Shown in pieces: positions 30,498 to 41,735 of a stretch of 64,000 nucleotides of DNA; the first letter of the stretch is position 1, and every line of letters begins with the position of its first letter. Position numbers and translations under genes: made by a program. The DNA comes from Cenarchaeum sp. (GTDB taxonomy: Archaea; Thermoproteota; Nitrososphaeria; Nitrososphaerales; Nitrosopumilaceae), in assembly GCA_965212015.1 (NCBI GenBank), contig OZ243037.1, positions 1,120,001 to 1,184,000 on the forward strand. Reading direction: 5' to 3'. The notes under the pieces were generated by a model. It did no database searches and had not been told where the DNA came from. It was given only the letters and a program-made list of their open reading frames with translations.

Positions 30498-32528
30498 CTA
30501 TTTTTTTAAAGTTTTATTAATTTGTTTGAATAATTCTTCAAATTTCTTACACGTATCATGTGAGATCTTCTTTTCAGTAGATTGTTTTGTAATCCAATCC
30601 ACGATAACGCGATCTATTTTCCATTTTTCTAATTTTCCATATCCATTTCGTCGAAATATAGATTCAATTTTATCTACAATCGGAATAATTTTTTCTTCAT
30701 CTTCATTGAATTCAATATCATGTGTGGGATAAACAGTTTTTACAGCTTTTATATAAAGAGAATCTTCGAAAAAATCTTCAATTTCAGATTTATCTTTGCC
30801 AGTAAATGAATCTATTATTATTCCATTAATCAATAATTTCTTTTTTAATGTTTTTTCTTTTTGTAATCCCTGTTCATCCCCATCAAGCAATATGACAATT
30901 TGAATATCATTAGCAATTAGCATGCTTGCTAACGGCATCATGTTTTTTGTCCCTCCAGCCGGAGAAATTACAATATCACTGTTTAATGTAGACATTTTTT
31001 GTAAAGATAAGAGTTCACTCATTGATTTCAGAATAAGATAATCAGTCAAGCCTTCAACGACAAGTTGATATTTTGAATAAAATAATGTTTGGGCCAAGGA
31101 ATATCCCAATCCAGCCTGTAATGCAAATAATGAATCATTGTCTTTAGGCCAAATATTATCAGATACTTTAGTTGTGCCAAAATCATCTACATCTTCAAAA
31201 ACTATTTTGACATTTTCAAGGTGATCTCCATCTATCATAAATGGTGAATGAGTTGTATATAACAATTGATTATCTTTTGAAATTTTCTTTAAAAATTCAA
31301 CTGTTTTTTGTTGAGCAGTACCATGAAATTGTAATCCTGGTTCATCTAACAACAAAATAGAATTCGTATGTTTAATATTTGCTTCTACTAGGAATACTAA
31401 ATAGAATGAAAAGAAATATTGCATTCCTGCACTTCTTTGATCTAATTCTATTTCACTAGGGTCTAGATCATCAGAAACCCAAACTCTAAAATTTTTCCCG
31501 TCAATTTGGTATCTGAAATTATGTTTTCTTTGTTCCCACCAAGAAGTAAATTTCTGAGTCATAGCTTGTGATGCAGCAGACATTTTAATTGCTCGCTCAT
31601 CTGCCATTCGTTCTAAATTTTGTCTAGTTTTTTGATCATCATTTAGATCTAACTTGCTAATTTCATTAAGATCTAATCCTACATGTTCAAATAGACATTT
31701 GGTAATTCGTAATTTAGAATCATCAGGATGTTCTTTCATATTACGTATAAAATCATCAATATGAATTGCACTATCTAGAATATCATATCTGTCAAAATAA
31801 ATAAATTTTGGCATATTTTTAAAAAACCAATCATTTGCAGAATCAAGTTCTGCGTTAATTTTAAATTTTTCTAATAAATCACATATTTCCTGAAGAAGTT
31901 TTTTAAAAATAGGTTCTTGCCAATCTTCAGATATTTGGGAATTTATTTTAGAAAAGATCTCAGAAATTAATTCTTTTGATATAAATTCTAAATCTGTGAT
32001 AGATTTAATTTGTTGATCAATAATTGAAATTAAATTTGTTTTTATTGGTTTTAATATTTCTCCTTTACCCTCTGGTGCTCTAGATTTTTCAATAAAATCC
32101 TTCCAATTTTCTAATGTTGTGTTATATATATTAGTTGGAAGTTCAAATTCAGAAATTTCAGGATTAAAATTCCAATTATATTTATTATTATAATATTTTG
32201 TTACTACAATAGTTTCAGTGTTTTTTAAAGATGCAGATATATCAGATAATACAGATTTTTCATCATCATTAAGTTCAAATTCTGCAGAGCTTACTGGATA
32301 GTTTTTCTCTGAGAATTCATCGGTGTATCTTCTTCGTGGAAATTCTTTTAATCCATCATATGTTGATTTATCAGAAGGATTTAATTTTGATAATCCTCTA
32401 AAAAGTGCTGATTTGCCTGATTCATTTTTTCCCACAAATGTGGTAAAATCTTTAATATTAATCCAGCCACTATCATTAATTTTTTTATAATTTTGAACTC
32501 GAAATTTACACATTTTCATAATTAACAT
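30498..32528 (-). CDS. OLD-family ATP-dependent nuclease (ABC ATPase plus TOPRIM)
   Basis: GKNESGKS, RSAG, LLDEPG, TTHSP; TOPRIM VEGLTD and LLDGD. Confidence 0.9.
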   Translation of the reverse strand: MLIMKMCKFRVQNYKKINDSGWINIKDFTTFVGKNESGKSALFRGLSKLNPSDKSTYDGLKEFPRRRYTDEFSEKNYPVSSAEFELNDDEKSVLSDISASLKNTETIVVTKYYNNKYNWNFNPEISEFELPTNIYNTTLENWKDFIEKSRAPEGKGEILKPIKTNLISIIDQQIKSITDLEFISKELISEIFSKINSQISEDWQEPIFKKLLQEICDLLEKFKINAELDSANDWFFKNMPKFIYFDRYDILDSAIHIDDFIRNMKEHPDDSKLRITKCLFEHVGLDLNEISKLDLNDDQKTRQNLERMADERAIKMSAASQAMTQKFTSWWEQRKHNFRYQIDGKNFRVWVSDDLDPSEIELDQRSAGMQYFFSFYLVFLVEANIKHTNSILLLDEPGLQFHGTAQQKTVEFLKKISKDNQLLYTTHSPFMIDGDHLENVKIVFEDVDDFGTTKVSDNIWPKDNDSLFALQAGLGYSLAQTLFYSKYQLVVEGLTDYLILKSMSELLSLQKMSTLNSDIVISPAGGTKNMMPLASMLIANDIQIVILLDGDEQGLQKEKTLKKKLLINGIIIDSFTGKDKSEIEDFFEDSLYIKAVKTVYPTHDIEFNEDEEKIIPIVDKIESIFRRNGYGKLEKWKIDRVIVDWITKQSTEKKISHDTCKKFEELFKQINKTLKK

Positions 32529-32584
32529 TATTATTGTTTAAATTTAAATGTTTCACCAAAAATTATATAATCGATTAAGTTTCC

Positions 32585-33300
32585 CTAGCAATTCCCGCAG
32601 CTTTTCTGCCCTATTCAGGCCTGTTTGCACCAGCTCAGAAAGCACGTCATCAGTACACCAAACATACTCATGCCACTTGCCGTGGCAATCCTCATCCGTA
32701 TCTTCCGGTGGATCACCACTCTGCGTATCATCCTTTCAGATTCGTTATTTGTCGGCTCCATCCCGGGATGCCGTATGAACGTGAACAGATCATCTGCCGC
32801 ATTATCCAGCGTGGTGCCGAATTTTGATCCAGATACATCTGTGCGATGCTTCTGGCCCAGATGATCATAGAGTCATATTCGACATTCCCAATATCCGGCG
32901 GCACAAGTTTGCCTCATGGAATAATCACTACAGTTTTTGGTGCAGTATCTGTATTTACGGATCGTCATCCCCAAGATTGTCTAATTCGTGCAGTATGTGC
33001 GACCAGCACTTCTACTGGATGCAGAACGAATTATACCAGGAATATCCGTCACGCATTATCGGGATATTCCAGTGTAGATAATATTCGTACAGTAGGCCTG
33101 TGCCTTTGTTCTGGCAACCGTTATTGATACGGCATCGTCCACTATGCACGCTCAGGCATATCCCAGTTTGTTTTTTATAGGACGGGGTTTAATCCATCTT
33201 TGGATACGTTGATTCCAACATGGATTCGCGTGTGCAATCTGCCTCCGGTGCAAGCTCTTTATCGCATACGGATCATGGCTTGGGCTGATCGCAAAATTAT
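32585..33300 (-). pseudogene. IS66-family transposase C-terminal remnant
   Basis: MRDGYSWY...Q*KCWSHIL and DLFTFIRHPGMEPTNNESERMIRRVVIHRKIR, with stops and frameshifts. Confidence 0.85.
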
Positions 33301-33401
33301 TGAAGACAGATGTTGGAGGAAATTGTCCTTGTACTCAACCTAATCTATTACACCTAAATGATCCAAATAAATAATAAGGACATATTATTGATAATATTAG
33401 T

Positions 33402-34013
33402 TTGCTAAATAAATGGAATTGCCACATAACTTTCAAGAATCGATATGTATGTTCTGGAATAACAAAACATATTCTCAAATATTCAGACGATCCGAATAAG
33501 AAATTACGAATATTAGATGTCGGTTGTTCTACAGGCAAAGCTATAGCAAAATGTAAATCAGTCTTATTTCATGAAAATAATCTTGAATTAGTTATAATTG
33601 GTATTGATGATTTCTCATGGCCATCACGAATTCCCAGATATATATCACGATTAGTATCAAAAGCAAATTCAAATCTAGATGTGTTTATTCGGAAAGATAT
33701 ATTGGATGTTGATAATAAAGAATTAGATGAATGTGATATTATTATTTGTGCAAATATTTTTGTCGGAGTAAATAATGATGTTAAACAAGAGATATTAAAC
33801 AAATGTGTACAATTTCTCAAATCAGATGGAATTCTAATTACAAATGGAATAGATTCATCATTAAAAGATCAATTACTTAGTTTAGACGATTCAATCGGAA
33901 ATGAAAATAGAAAGAAATATTTTTATAAATGGTACTGTGATTATATTGGCCTTAAAAACTTCATATCTATTAATAAATCTGATTTGGAACAATATGTTAA
34001 AATGAAAATTTAA
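33402..34013 (+). CDS. class I SAM-dependent methyltransferase
   Basis: ILDVGCSTG, IGID, DIIICANI and LKSDGILI motifs. Confidence 0.8.
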   Translation: MLNKWNCHITFKNRYVCSGITKHILKYSDDPNKKLRILDVGCSTGKAIAKCKSVLFHENNLELVIIGIDDFSWPSRIPRYISRLVSKANSNLDVFIRKDILDVDNKELDECDIIICANIFVGVNNDVKQEILNKCVQFLKSDGILITNGIDSSLKDQLLSLDDSIGNENRKKYFYKWYCDYIGLKNFISINKSDLEQYVKMKI

Positions 34014-34052
34014 TAATATTCAATTATTCATAGATATTACAAGCCTGAGAAT

Positions 34053-34460
34053 ATGCTGGAAAACCATGACAAAAGTACGGATGATCCCATACACATGCAT
34101 ATCATAGAGTCATTTGACAACATGATAATAACGGAAAAATCCCTCTTTGGCAAGACAGGCTTTAATTCTATCAAATTCAACCATGCCCTAAGATTATTCT
34201 CAAAGATGGTAAGAAAAGATGAGTACAAAAGACTGTTCTGAGAGTTCAAAGACTAGTCATGATCCTGGAAACAGGTGCAAGCTGCACATCCGACATGTTT
34301 TGCTCTTAGGTTTAGAGCACAAAAGACACAGTACAACACAGGAATGCCTTGTGGCAAATTATGGCATCGATCAGAGCATGATATCTGACTATCTTGTATT
34401 TGCCGACGGCATATTCCAGATGATATTTCTCACTTCATCCGTACTGGCCAGGAAAAAAAG
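34053..34460 (+). pseudogene. IS5-family transposase N-terminal remnant
   Basis: PGNRCKLHIRHVLLL identical to the 14983-16107 protein, plus YGIDQSMIS; frameshifted and truncated. Confidence 0.8.
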
Positions 34461-34544
34461 ATCCAAGGCGGATGACGAGATACTGATGATACCCACAATG
34501 ATACTCTGATAGAAACACAAATTAGTCTTGTATTTGGATTAATA

Positions 34545-34997
34545 TTGGATATGATCGATGCCGCTCTCAATTTATTGAATATGATCGATACTGCTCTCAT
34601 TTTGTCAGGAACTATAGGATGTATCGCCTTAATTTTTGCTCGGCTGCAGCATGTTCATCAGAAAAAAACAACTTCAGTCAACATATCAATGGAAATGTTA
34701 AAGCGTTTTAGAGAGGATGATTTCAGAAAAACTGTGCGCTTTTTAAATACAAATGAGTTGCCAAATGATAAGTGGGACAAAAATAAAGAATTATTGAAAT
34801 TATTGAATCATTTTGAGGAGATGGGCTTGTTTGAAAAAGACAAATTACTTTCGACGGATCACATAGTACATCTACATGGTCATGTCTTAAAATTGATTAA
34901 AAATAATGAATGTGCAAAAAAACTGATCCGAGATTGGAAGTCAAAAAGGCCAGATTTTTATTTCATTCATTTGTCAAGACTATTGCGGAAAATCTAA
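34545..34997 (+). CDS. membrane-anchored hypothetical protein (DUF4760-like)
   Basis: N-terminal TM helix and LLNHFEEMG motif. Confidence 0.6.
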   Translation: MDMIDAALNLLNMIDTALILSGTIGCIALIFARLQHVHQKKTTSVNISMEMLKRFREDDFRKTVRFLNTNELPNDKWDKNKELLKLLNHFEEMGLFEKDKLLSTDHIVHLHGHVLKLIKNNECAKKLIRDWKSKRPDFYFIHLSRLLRKI

Positions 34998-35332
34998 TAA
35001 TCGCCAGTAGTGCCTTTTGTCGCCTTAAATGCCTCGCCTTCTTTTTTACAATAAGGACAGGGATATTTGTCTATTTTTCGACCACAATTTGAACATTGCA
35101 TAGATCATGTCATATGAATTCAGGTTTAAACTTTACGATCAGGTCAGCATCTCCACAAATCCCACTCCCAGAACCCTCCCAGAGGCCCAGCTCTCGGAAA
35201 CAGATATGCAAGCCGAACCGCCCAAGCCAGAAAACAAACACTCAACCTCCAAAAACGACCATTCCAGCCTCTCACGCTCAAAAATCACCCAAAATCACCA
35301 TACCAATACTCTACAACTAACGTTAGGCCTCT

Positions 35333-35348
35333 AAAAAAAATAAAAAAA
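35333..35348 (-). terminator. oligo-T terminator of S-layer gene 2
   Basis: Identical to 7581-7596. Confidence 0.7.
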
Positions 35349-35370
35349 GGGGAAATGTGTTGTTTCTAGT

Positions 35371-38300
35371 CTATACTACGTTGATGTCTATTACGGCTTT
35401 GGGTGACAGTGCAGTCGGGTTGGATACTGATTCCCAGGCAAACATTGTTACTGTGTATGCTCCAGGTGTGTCAGGTATCCATGACTGTGCTGCGTTTTGT
35501 GAACCGCCAGCTGGCATTACGCCTCCGGACCAATCAAGTTTGATGATCACTCCGTTTGCGTCTTCGATCTGTACCAAATATGCATAGTCCTGCTCCTTGT
35601 CCTGTCCGCTGATCAAGTCCGCCTCAAAGTGCACCCGTGTATCCACGGATATGCTAGCTAGGGGGTTTCCTTGGCCGTCGACTACTCGCGGATCGTTGAT
35701 TACCAGGCGCTCAAGAGGCGGTACTATTGTACCGATGAACGTTGTTCCCGTAATCTGTACCTCATCCGAAGGTGAGTAAGTCCTGTCAGGCAGGTCTGGG
35801 AGAGTATTGTCGTCATATTCAGCCTTTACCGTGTCGCCTTCAGCTACTCTGAGCCTGTGGCCAGATGAGTCCTCGGTTAGCGAGAATGTCACCGTGCCCT
35901 CAAATATACCAGTTGCCTGGTTGGTCTCAGTTACAGTGAGGTCAATGCCTCCGCTGTCACTATCAGAGCGAACGTCAATGTCGAAGTTGTCTACCGATTC
36001 TGGATTCCAGTTCATGTCCGGATCAATCACACGTACAGTGCCTGTTGATGATGCAGCATAGCTAGCTTCTAGCCAGCTTACCTCACCTAGGTTCCATCTG
36101 ATCAATGAAGAGCCGATTACGGTCTCATCCTCTGAGAACTCAAAGGACACCGTTACACCGTCGTCTTCAGTGGCAGACAAGAGACCATTAGTCGGGCCCT
36201 GACCGTCAGACTCGTAGTTTGCCGGTATGGCAAATCCAACGTCCTGTCCTAGGTCGTTGCCCGTAGTCGTGTCGCCGTCAGCATCGTGCAAGAAACCGGT
36301 GAGTATTACCTCTCCGGTAAATATGCCCGTGTCGGGACCCGTCTCAGTCAGCCTGTATTGGTCAAGATCGCCCTCACCAGTGTTTACCCTTACCACGTCC
36401 TCTCTCGTTTCTCCGATTTCATCAATCAGATCGCTGTCAAAGTTGTGGTCAGGTGCAAGTATGGTGATATACACCTTGTCAGTCCAGGTATACACCTTTT
36501 GATCGAGCTCTATCGTGGCACCAAAGTTGGATGTGAGTACTGTAAGATTTACATCTTCGTCCTCGTCACCAACATAGTTTGCGCCAGATGGACCCCAATC
36601 GGTGTATTCTAGCTCGATTGCCTCGCCTCTGTCCAGATTGCTTTCGCTTAGTGCTTCAGGGATTTCAATGACAACCTGGAAGATTCCAGTGCTGTCACCT
36701 GTCTCTCTAAATGCACTTGGTTCTGGATCGAATGCTGTGTCTTGACCACCTAGTATACCCATGGTCAGTGCGGCATCGTCTGAATCCCATTCAATGAGAT
36801 CCAGTGTATAGGTCTCGCGCTCGTCATTTTCAAGGTCAAGATCTGGCTCGATTAGAGTCAGAATCATGTCCCCTCCAATAATGTACGCGGACTTGTCGGA
36901 TTGTAGTATGCCGTTTCTGAGGTCGAATGTAGCTGAATCAGTCACTGTGTTTTCTTCACCTGATGCGTCTGTTGGATCCGTGTATATCACTGTGAGAATG
37001 TCGCCTTGCAGGATACAATAGTTGCGCTCTGTATCACCGTTGAATCGGACAGTAGAGTTGCCTCTTGAACCGTCTGCTACATTCTCAAAGTTGTCAGTGT
37101 TCGGACAGTTGTTGCTAGACGGGCCGTCAGTATACCTGACAGGCAGATCCAGCTCGAATATTCCGGCATCCGGTGCAATCTCTGCAATCGGGCCGAATTC
37201 GTACTGGTTGTCTTCAGGTTCTGTGCCTACTGTGAGGTGGGTACCGCTACTTGCTTCTCCACCTGCAGTTGCCAGGATTACAGTCTCAGAGCCTCTAGAC
37301 ACGGAAACTTCTATCGGTCCTCGTGCTCCGTCTGCAATCATGTCCTCACCACTGCCAGATATGTCATAGTCCGGATCGTTGACCCTTACGTGTATGGTCA
37401 GATCACCGTTTTGGATTGTCTCGTCTGGCTGTATGCCGTCACTGCCTATACTGGCTACATGAACCGGGAATATGGCTCTTCCACTAGGGCCAGAACCACT
37501 CTCGGGATCAAAGTCGGCAACTCCGTCAGTCTCACCAACAGTACCGAATGGTACCGGGTAGACAGTTTTGTCAAAGCTGACCGAACCAGTGTTTGCGCGG
37601 ATTCCAGCAGAATCACCTACTTCGATGATTTCGCCGGACAGATCTCTATAGTCGACATAGTTTACCTCCAAGTCTACACCAGTAGTGGATACATATCCAG
37701 GAATTTCTTCAGTTCCAGATGTGTCTGCTGGACAGTACACTGTAGGTATCTGGAATGTTCCTGTGAATATTCCTGAAGCCTTTGTGGTCTCGGCCATGGT
37801 AAATCCAGTGGCTCCAAGTCCATCGTCTGCAGGATTATCTCCGAAGCATCCATTACGCTCAGCACTTGTCCATAGTTCGTCGTCGAAGGTGATATCAAGC
37901 AGTCGTCCAAGATTGTCAGCTGGATTATCATCGGTTCCAACCACATCAACATTAAAGGATGTGGTACCGCTAGTATTACGTACCACAGTAAAGATATCCC
38001 TTACCTCCACATCTGTGTTCAGATCCGGATCCTCAAGGGTAACTGTTACCGTGTCGGCAATCTTGTAGTTGTTTGAGTCAAACGATACTACGCCTGAATG
38101 AGTCGGTGCTTCTACCTGGTCTGCGACCTGTGTAGCCACGCCATCCTCGCCAAAGTCAAGATAGTTGATTCTCACTGAATCCTCGTCTGTAAGATCATTG
38201 TGGATGATCATTTCTGCATCATCGCTGATCACGTCCAGATTCGGAATGTAAGAATTAGGATCGTTGACATTGAGCTGGTTTAGCATCAGGAACTCTAGGG

Positions 38301-40374
38301 AGCCTATAAAGACTCCGGTATTGTCCCCGCTCTCTTCTAGCTCCAGCCTATAGATGGCATTGTTGACCCTGTCACCAGGAGCAACACCGTCGCCTATTTG
38401 GCCATAGCTAAAGAAGTCGATTGCTATAGGATACGTGGCTGCAGGAATGTCCTCACCAAAGTCAACAATCTCTACAGTTAGATCTTCACCCAGGAATCCT
38501 CTTTCTACAATAGTCAAGTCGGTTTCATCTAGTAGAACCAAGCCCTGAAGTCCTTCAGATGTGGCAATATCAACCTCAGTGCCGTTATTAACACTAAATG
38601 TTAGAGTGCCAATATCACTGTCAACATCTCCAAATGATCGTAGATCATAGTTCAGGAAGTGATGTACCGTATCGTTGGATGCTCCATCAAAGAAGTCCCT
38701 CAATACCGTGCCATCACCTTTGTCGAATGTGAGTGTTAGAGGAGCGGTTACAGTGATAGAGCTATTAACTACGATCAACATCCTGTCACTAAAGGCTTGA
38801 ACTTCAGAGCTTCCAATATTAGCAGCATTACCGCCTTCAATTGTAACTCCAGTCGTACCGGCCAGTGTCACTGGGCTTCCAATTCTAACGCTTGGAATCA
38901 GTGGGACGTTTGAATCAAATAGATCCAGGTCTTCGTCGACCAGGCTGTTTCTGTTGATGTCGCCGTCTGTGAGTGTGATTGATATCTGTTCACCAGAGTT
39001 CCATGCATCACCTACTCCGTCTTTGCCAAATTCTATGCTACCAAAGTAATTGGTAACAAAGATTGACTTTTCTGAGAGGTTGTAATCGATGCTTGCACTG
39101 ACTCCTCTAGGCGCATCAGCATGAACAACAATGTTGGCTATATCGCCTTCATCGGTGTTTTTGAATATGCCAGAGTTTGACTGAGTTTCAGTTATGGTCA
39201 CTGGAGCAGCACCTGCATCAATGTCTGTTATGGCTGTACCATCATCTAGTGTGACTGTCGCCGTTGCAAGTTCAGCTATACCATTTTCTACATCACTGCT
39301 CAGTACCTGTTCTGTATTGTCTTGTAGCTGAAGTAGATCACCAAATTCATGGTTCTCCTTGTTCGGATACAGTATCAAAGCTCCATTGTCGTCAAAGTTC
39401 AGGGTACTAAGAGGTATGTCTGGATGATCACCTGCACCTCCTTGTGATTCGCCATTCTCATCAAATACTTGGTATCTGGTTTCAGTGGCGCCAAAGGGTG
39501 TCGAAAATGTCCAAGAGTCTTCGTCAGTTGGGTCGATGTTTAGCTGTAGATCAGTTATGGTAAAATGAACTGATGCTCCAGGTGGATAGTCCTCCCTGTC
39601 TAGTGACAGGCCGGCATATCCATCGGCATCATCCAAGTATACCAAATCAATCTGTTGTTCTCCGCCACCCTTGTTGTACTTTACCTCGATGGTTCCATCT
39701 ACGGCAAAGTTAAACACTTGAATGGCAGGAAATTCGTTGGGAGCTAGACCGACTTGTCCAAGAGTTACTCCACCATTTCCTTCGGCGGTAGGTGTTTTTT
39801 GTTCTCTGAGAACATTTTGGTTGTCATTTCTGTCATCAGGTAATGATCCAGTTGGAGTACCAGTAGCTTCGTTACCACATGTTGCATCTTCAAAGTATAC
39901 ACCATCGGTATCAGAATAACTGGTAAGACTAACAGCAGCATCAGTGGCATCATCATCAGTGGCAGCATCAGCAGATCCTTCAGTACAGAATGTACCAAAG
40001 TCCAATGATTCACCATTAATACCAATAAGATCAGCAGCTTCTGCCATACTTGCTTCTGCAAAGTACGCATACCAGTTGCCGTCAGTTGCCTGTACCATCT
40101 GTATGTCTTGTCCATTGACCGTCACGTCTGGTTCGGATTCTAGCGAGTCCACATCCTTCAAGTCAGGATCGTTGACTACAATCTCGACGACCATAGGGCC
40201 GGCAATGCTGTTGTCAAACAGTGAGTTTTCCGCAGAAACGAACAGGTTTTCGGTAGCTGCATGTGCGACCGGCGTGCCAGGAATGGCAAACGTCAGTCCA
40301 CCTGCAACCATTATCGTCATTATTATTAGACTAGTTGTTTTTCGTATTTTGTCGTTATCTATTTTGTTTTTCAT
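35371..40374 (-). CDS. slaA: S-layer protein, SlaA-like, copy 2 (1667 aa)
   Basis: Paralogue of 7619-12631 with the same motifs; TTTTATA about 30 nt upstream. Confidence 0.9.
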   Translation of the reverse strand: MKNKIDNDKIRKTTSLIIMTIMVAGGLTFAIPGTPVAHAATENLFVSAENSLFDNSIAGPMVVEIVVNDPDLKDVDSLESEPDVTVNGQDIQMVQATDGNWYAYFAEASMAEAADLIGINGESLDFGTFCTEGSADAATDDDATDAAVSLTSYSDTDGVYFEDATCGNEATGTPTGSLPDDRNDNQNVLREQKTPTAEGNGGVTLGQVGLAPNEFPAIQVFNFAVDGTIEVKYNKGGGEQQIDLVYLDDADGYAGLSLDREDYPPGASVHFTITDLQLNIDPTDEDSWTFSTPFGATETRYQVFDENGESQGGAGDHPDIPLSTLNFDDNGALILYPNKENHEFGDLLQLQDNTEQVLSSDVENGIAELATATVTLDDGTAITDIDAGAAPVTITETQSNSGIFKNTDEGDIANIVVHADAPRGVSASIDYNLSEKSIFVTNYFGSIEFGKDGVGDAWNSGEQISITLTDGDINRNSLVDEDLDLFDSNVPLIPSVRIGSPVTLAGTTGVTIEGGNAANIGSSEVQAFSDRMLIVVNSSITVTAPLTLTFDKGDGTVLRDFFDGASNDTVHHFLNYDLRSFGDVDSDIGTLTFSVNNGTEVDIATSEGLQGLVLLDETDLTIVERGFLGEDLTVEIVDFGEDIPAATYPIAIDFFSYGQIGDGVAPGDRVNNAIYRLELEESGDNTGVFIGSLEFLMLNQLNVNDPNSYIPNLDVISDDAEMIIHNDLTDEDSVRINYLDFGEDGVATQVADQVEAPTHSGVVSFDSNNYKIADTVTVTLEDPDLNTDVEVRDIFTVVRNTSGTTSFNVDVVGTDDNPADNLGRLLDITFDDELWTSAERNGCFGDNPADDGLGATGFTMAETTKASGIFTGTFQIPTVYCPADTSGTEEIPGYVSTTGVDLEVNYVDYRDLSGEIIEVGDSAGIRANTGSVSFDKTVYPVPFGTVGETDGVADFDPESGSGPSGRAIFPVHVASIGSDGIQPDETIQNGDLTIHVRVNDPDYDISGSGEDMIADGARGPIEVSVSRGSETVILATAGGEASSGTHLTVGTEPEDNQYEFGPIAEIAPDAGIFELDLPVRYTDGPSSNNCPNTDNFENVADGSRGNSTVRFNGDTERNYCILQGDILTVIYTDPTDASGEENTVTDSATFDLRNGILQSDKSAYIIGGDMILTLIEPDLDLENDERETYTLDLIEWDSDDAALTMGILGGQDTAFDPEPSAFRETGDSTGIFQVVIEIPEALSESNLDRGEAIELEYTDWGPSGANYVGDEDEDVNLTVLTSNFGATIELDQKVYTWTDKVYITILAPDHNFDSDLIDEIGETREDVVRVNTGEGDLDQYRLTETGPDTGIFTGEVILTGFLHDADGDTTTGNDLGQDVGFAIPANYESDGQGPTNGLLSATEDDGVTVSFEFSEDETVIGSSLIRWNLGEVSWLEASYAASSTGTVRVIDPDMNWNPESVDNFDIDVRSDSDSGGIDLTVTETNQATGIFEGTVTFSLTEDSSGHRLRVAEGDTVKAEYDDNTLPDLPDRTYSPSDEVQITGTTFIGTIVPPLERLVINDPRVVDGQGNPLASISVDTRVHFEADLISGQDKEQDYAYLVQIEDANGVIIKLDWSGGVMPAGGSQNAAQSWIPDTPGAYTVTMFAWESVSNPTALSPKAVIDINVV

Positions 40375-41068
40375 GTTCTTACGATTTTTTAGAAAAAAAT
40401 ACTATAAAAGGGTAATGAACGAGTCGTTCATTGCAAAACGAGGGAATTCCCATGAAACGTGCCTAACCACACAGTTTGCCCATGGCAGATCAGATCGCCC
40501 CAGTCAGGGCCGAATTTACTGCAAAATGACAGATCGGCCGGCCGCATCACCCGGTACCCAAGCCGCCGCTTTTGCCCCCAAGCCGGAATGGCGCACATTT
40601 GCACCACACTTGTACAGGTCCGTGCCAGAACGGGGTTTATGATGTCAACGGATCACCGTACACATCATGCGATCCAAAGTTCACGCGATCAGACGGTTTA
40701 GATAAAATTCCCAGCCGGCCGATCAGGCTTTATGAACTTTCACGCACCACATCGGTTTATTCTGGAATCATCCACACGTGAAACGGATCTGCAAGATCAG
40801 GATGTGTTTTGACGTCATGCCGGCAGTCCGGATCAACTGCACACAATCCTGGAAATCTTTTGTATTTTTGGCCCGCATGACACACAGATTCCCAACGTAT
40901 GGTGTTCTGCCCCACACGTACTAGACTCACGACAACTTTACGTACACGGTCAATGCGCATCAAATCCAAAAAGCATATTTATAAAATCACGTGCAGGACT
41001 GCAACGTCTCGTACGCCATAAAGCCCGCACCAGAGCCATTCTCGTCTTGCGGCAGAAAAATTTGACGC

Positions 41069-41626
41069 ATGTATTACCGTGACAAAACCGGAATAATCCT
41101 CGACAATGCCTTGGCATACGGCATGCATTTTATGCATTGTTTGGCCTTTGTAAATCGGAATTATACACATGCAGCCAAAGATCCAACCCTAGACTTTGAT
41201 CATGCCGCTACAACCCGCAAATCCGCAAGCATCCCGCCCCAAAATACAAGGCTCATCCTGTCTGACGCTGCCAAGGAACGACTTCGAATATACCGCGCAA
41301 AATACTATAAGGCAAACAAGGAAACGATCTTGGCTCAAAACAGAAAATATCAAGCAAAATTAAAGACCGGTAGAAAACCCAAGGGAAAACCCGGCAGACC
41401 CAAAAGAAAGCCGGGTAGAAAACCAGGTAGAAAGTCCCAAACAAAGACGAGGAAAACCGTGGGAAATCCAGTGCAAGATCCAAGGGACCTACCAAGGCAC
41501 AGCTCAGGAAATACCATCGGGAATATGCGAGGAAATACTATAAAGCAAACAGGGCAAAGATTCTCTCCAAAAATAGAAAACGAAAACGTTAAAGCTAAAG
41601 GTAAAACCAAAAATAAGACACTGTAG
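41069..41626 (+). CDS. basic low-complexity protein, probably frameshifted, related to the QRPEV proteins
   Basis: AKERLRIYRAKYYKANKETILAQNRK and KPGR repeats; a second YYKANRAKIL motif lies in another frame. Confidence 0.5.
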   Translation: MYYRDKTGIILDNALAYGMHFMHCLAFVNRNYTHAAKDPTLDFDHAATTRKSASIPPQNTRLILSDAAKERLRIYRAKYYKANKETILAQNRKYQAKLKTGRKPKGKPGRPKRKPGRKPGRKSQTKTRKTVGNPVQDPRDLPRHSSGNTIGNMRGNTIKQTGQRFSPKIENENVKAKGKTKNKTL

Positions 41627-41735
41627 GAAATGATATTGTCGTGAGGTATTATGAGGTCAAATCAATACTCATTATGTACAAAACTTTTGTGCACAAAGAA
41701 CAACCCATAATAATTACCAAACAAGACATCACACA

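Noticed and set aside
7619-40374. Diversity-generating retroelement as the source of slaA variation
   Set aside because: There is no reverse transcriptase in the window, and the differences are block substitutions and indels rather than adenine-specific changes.
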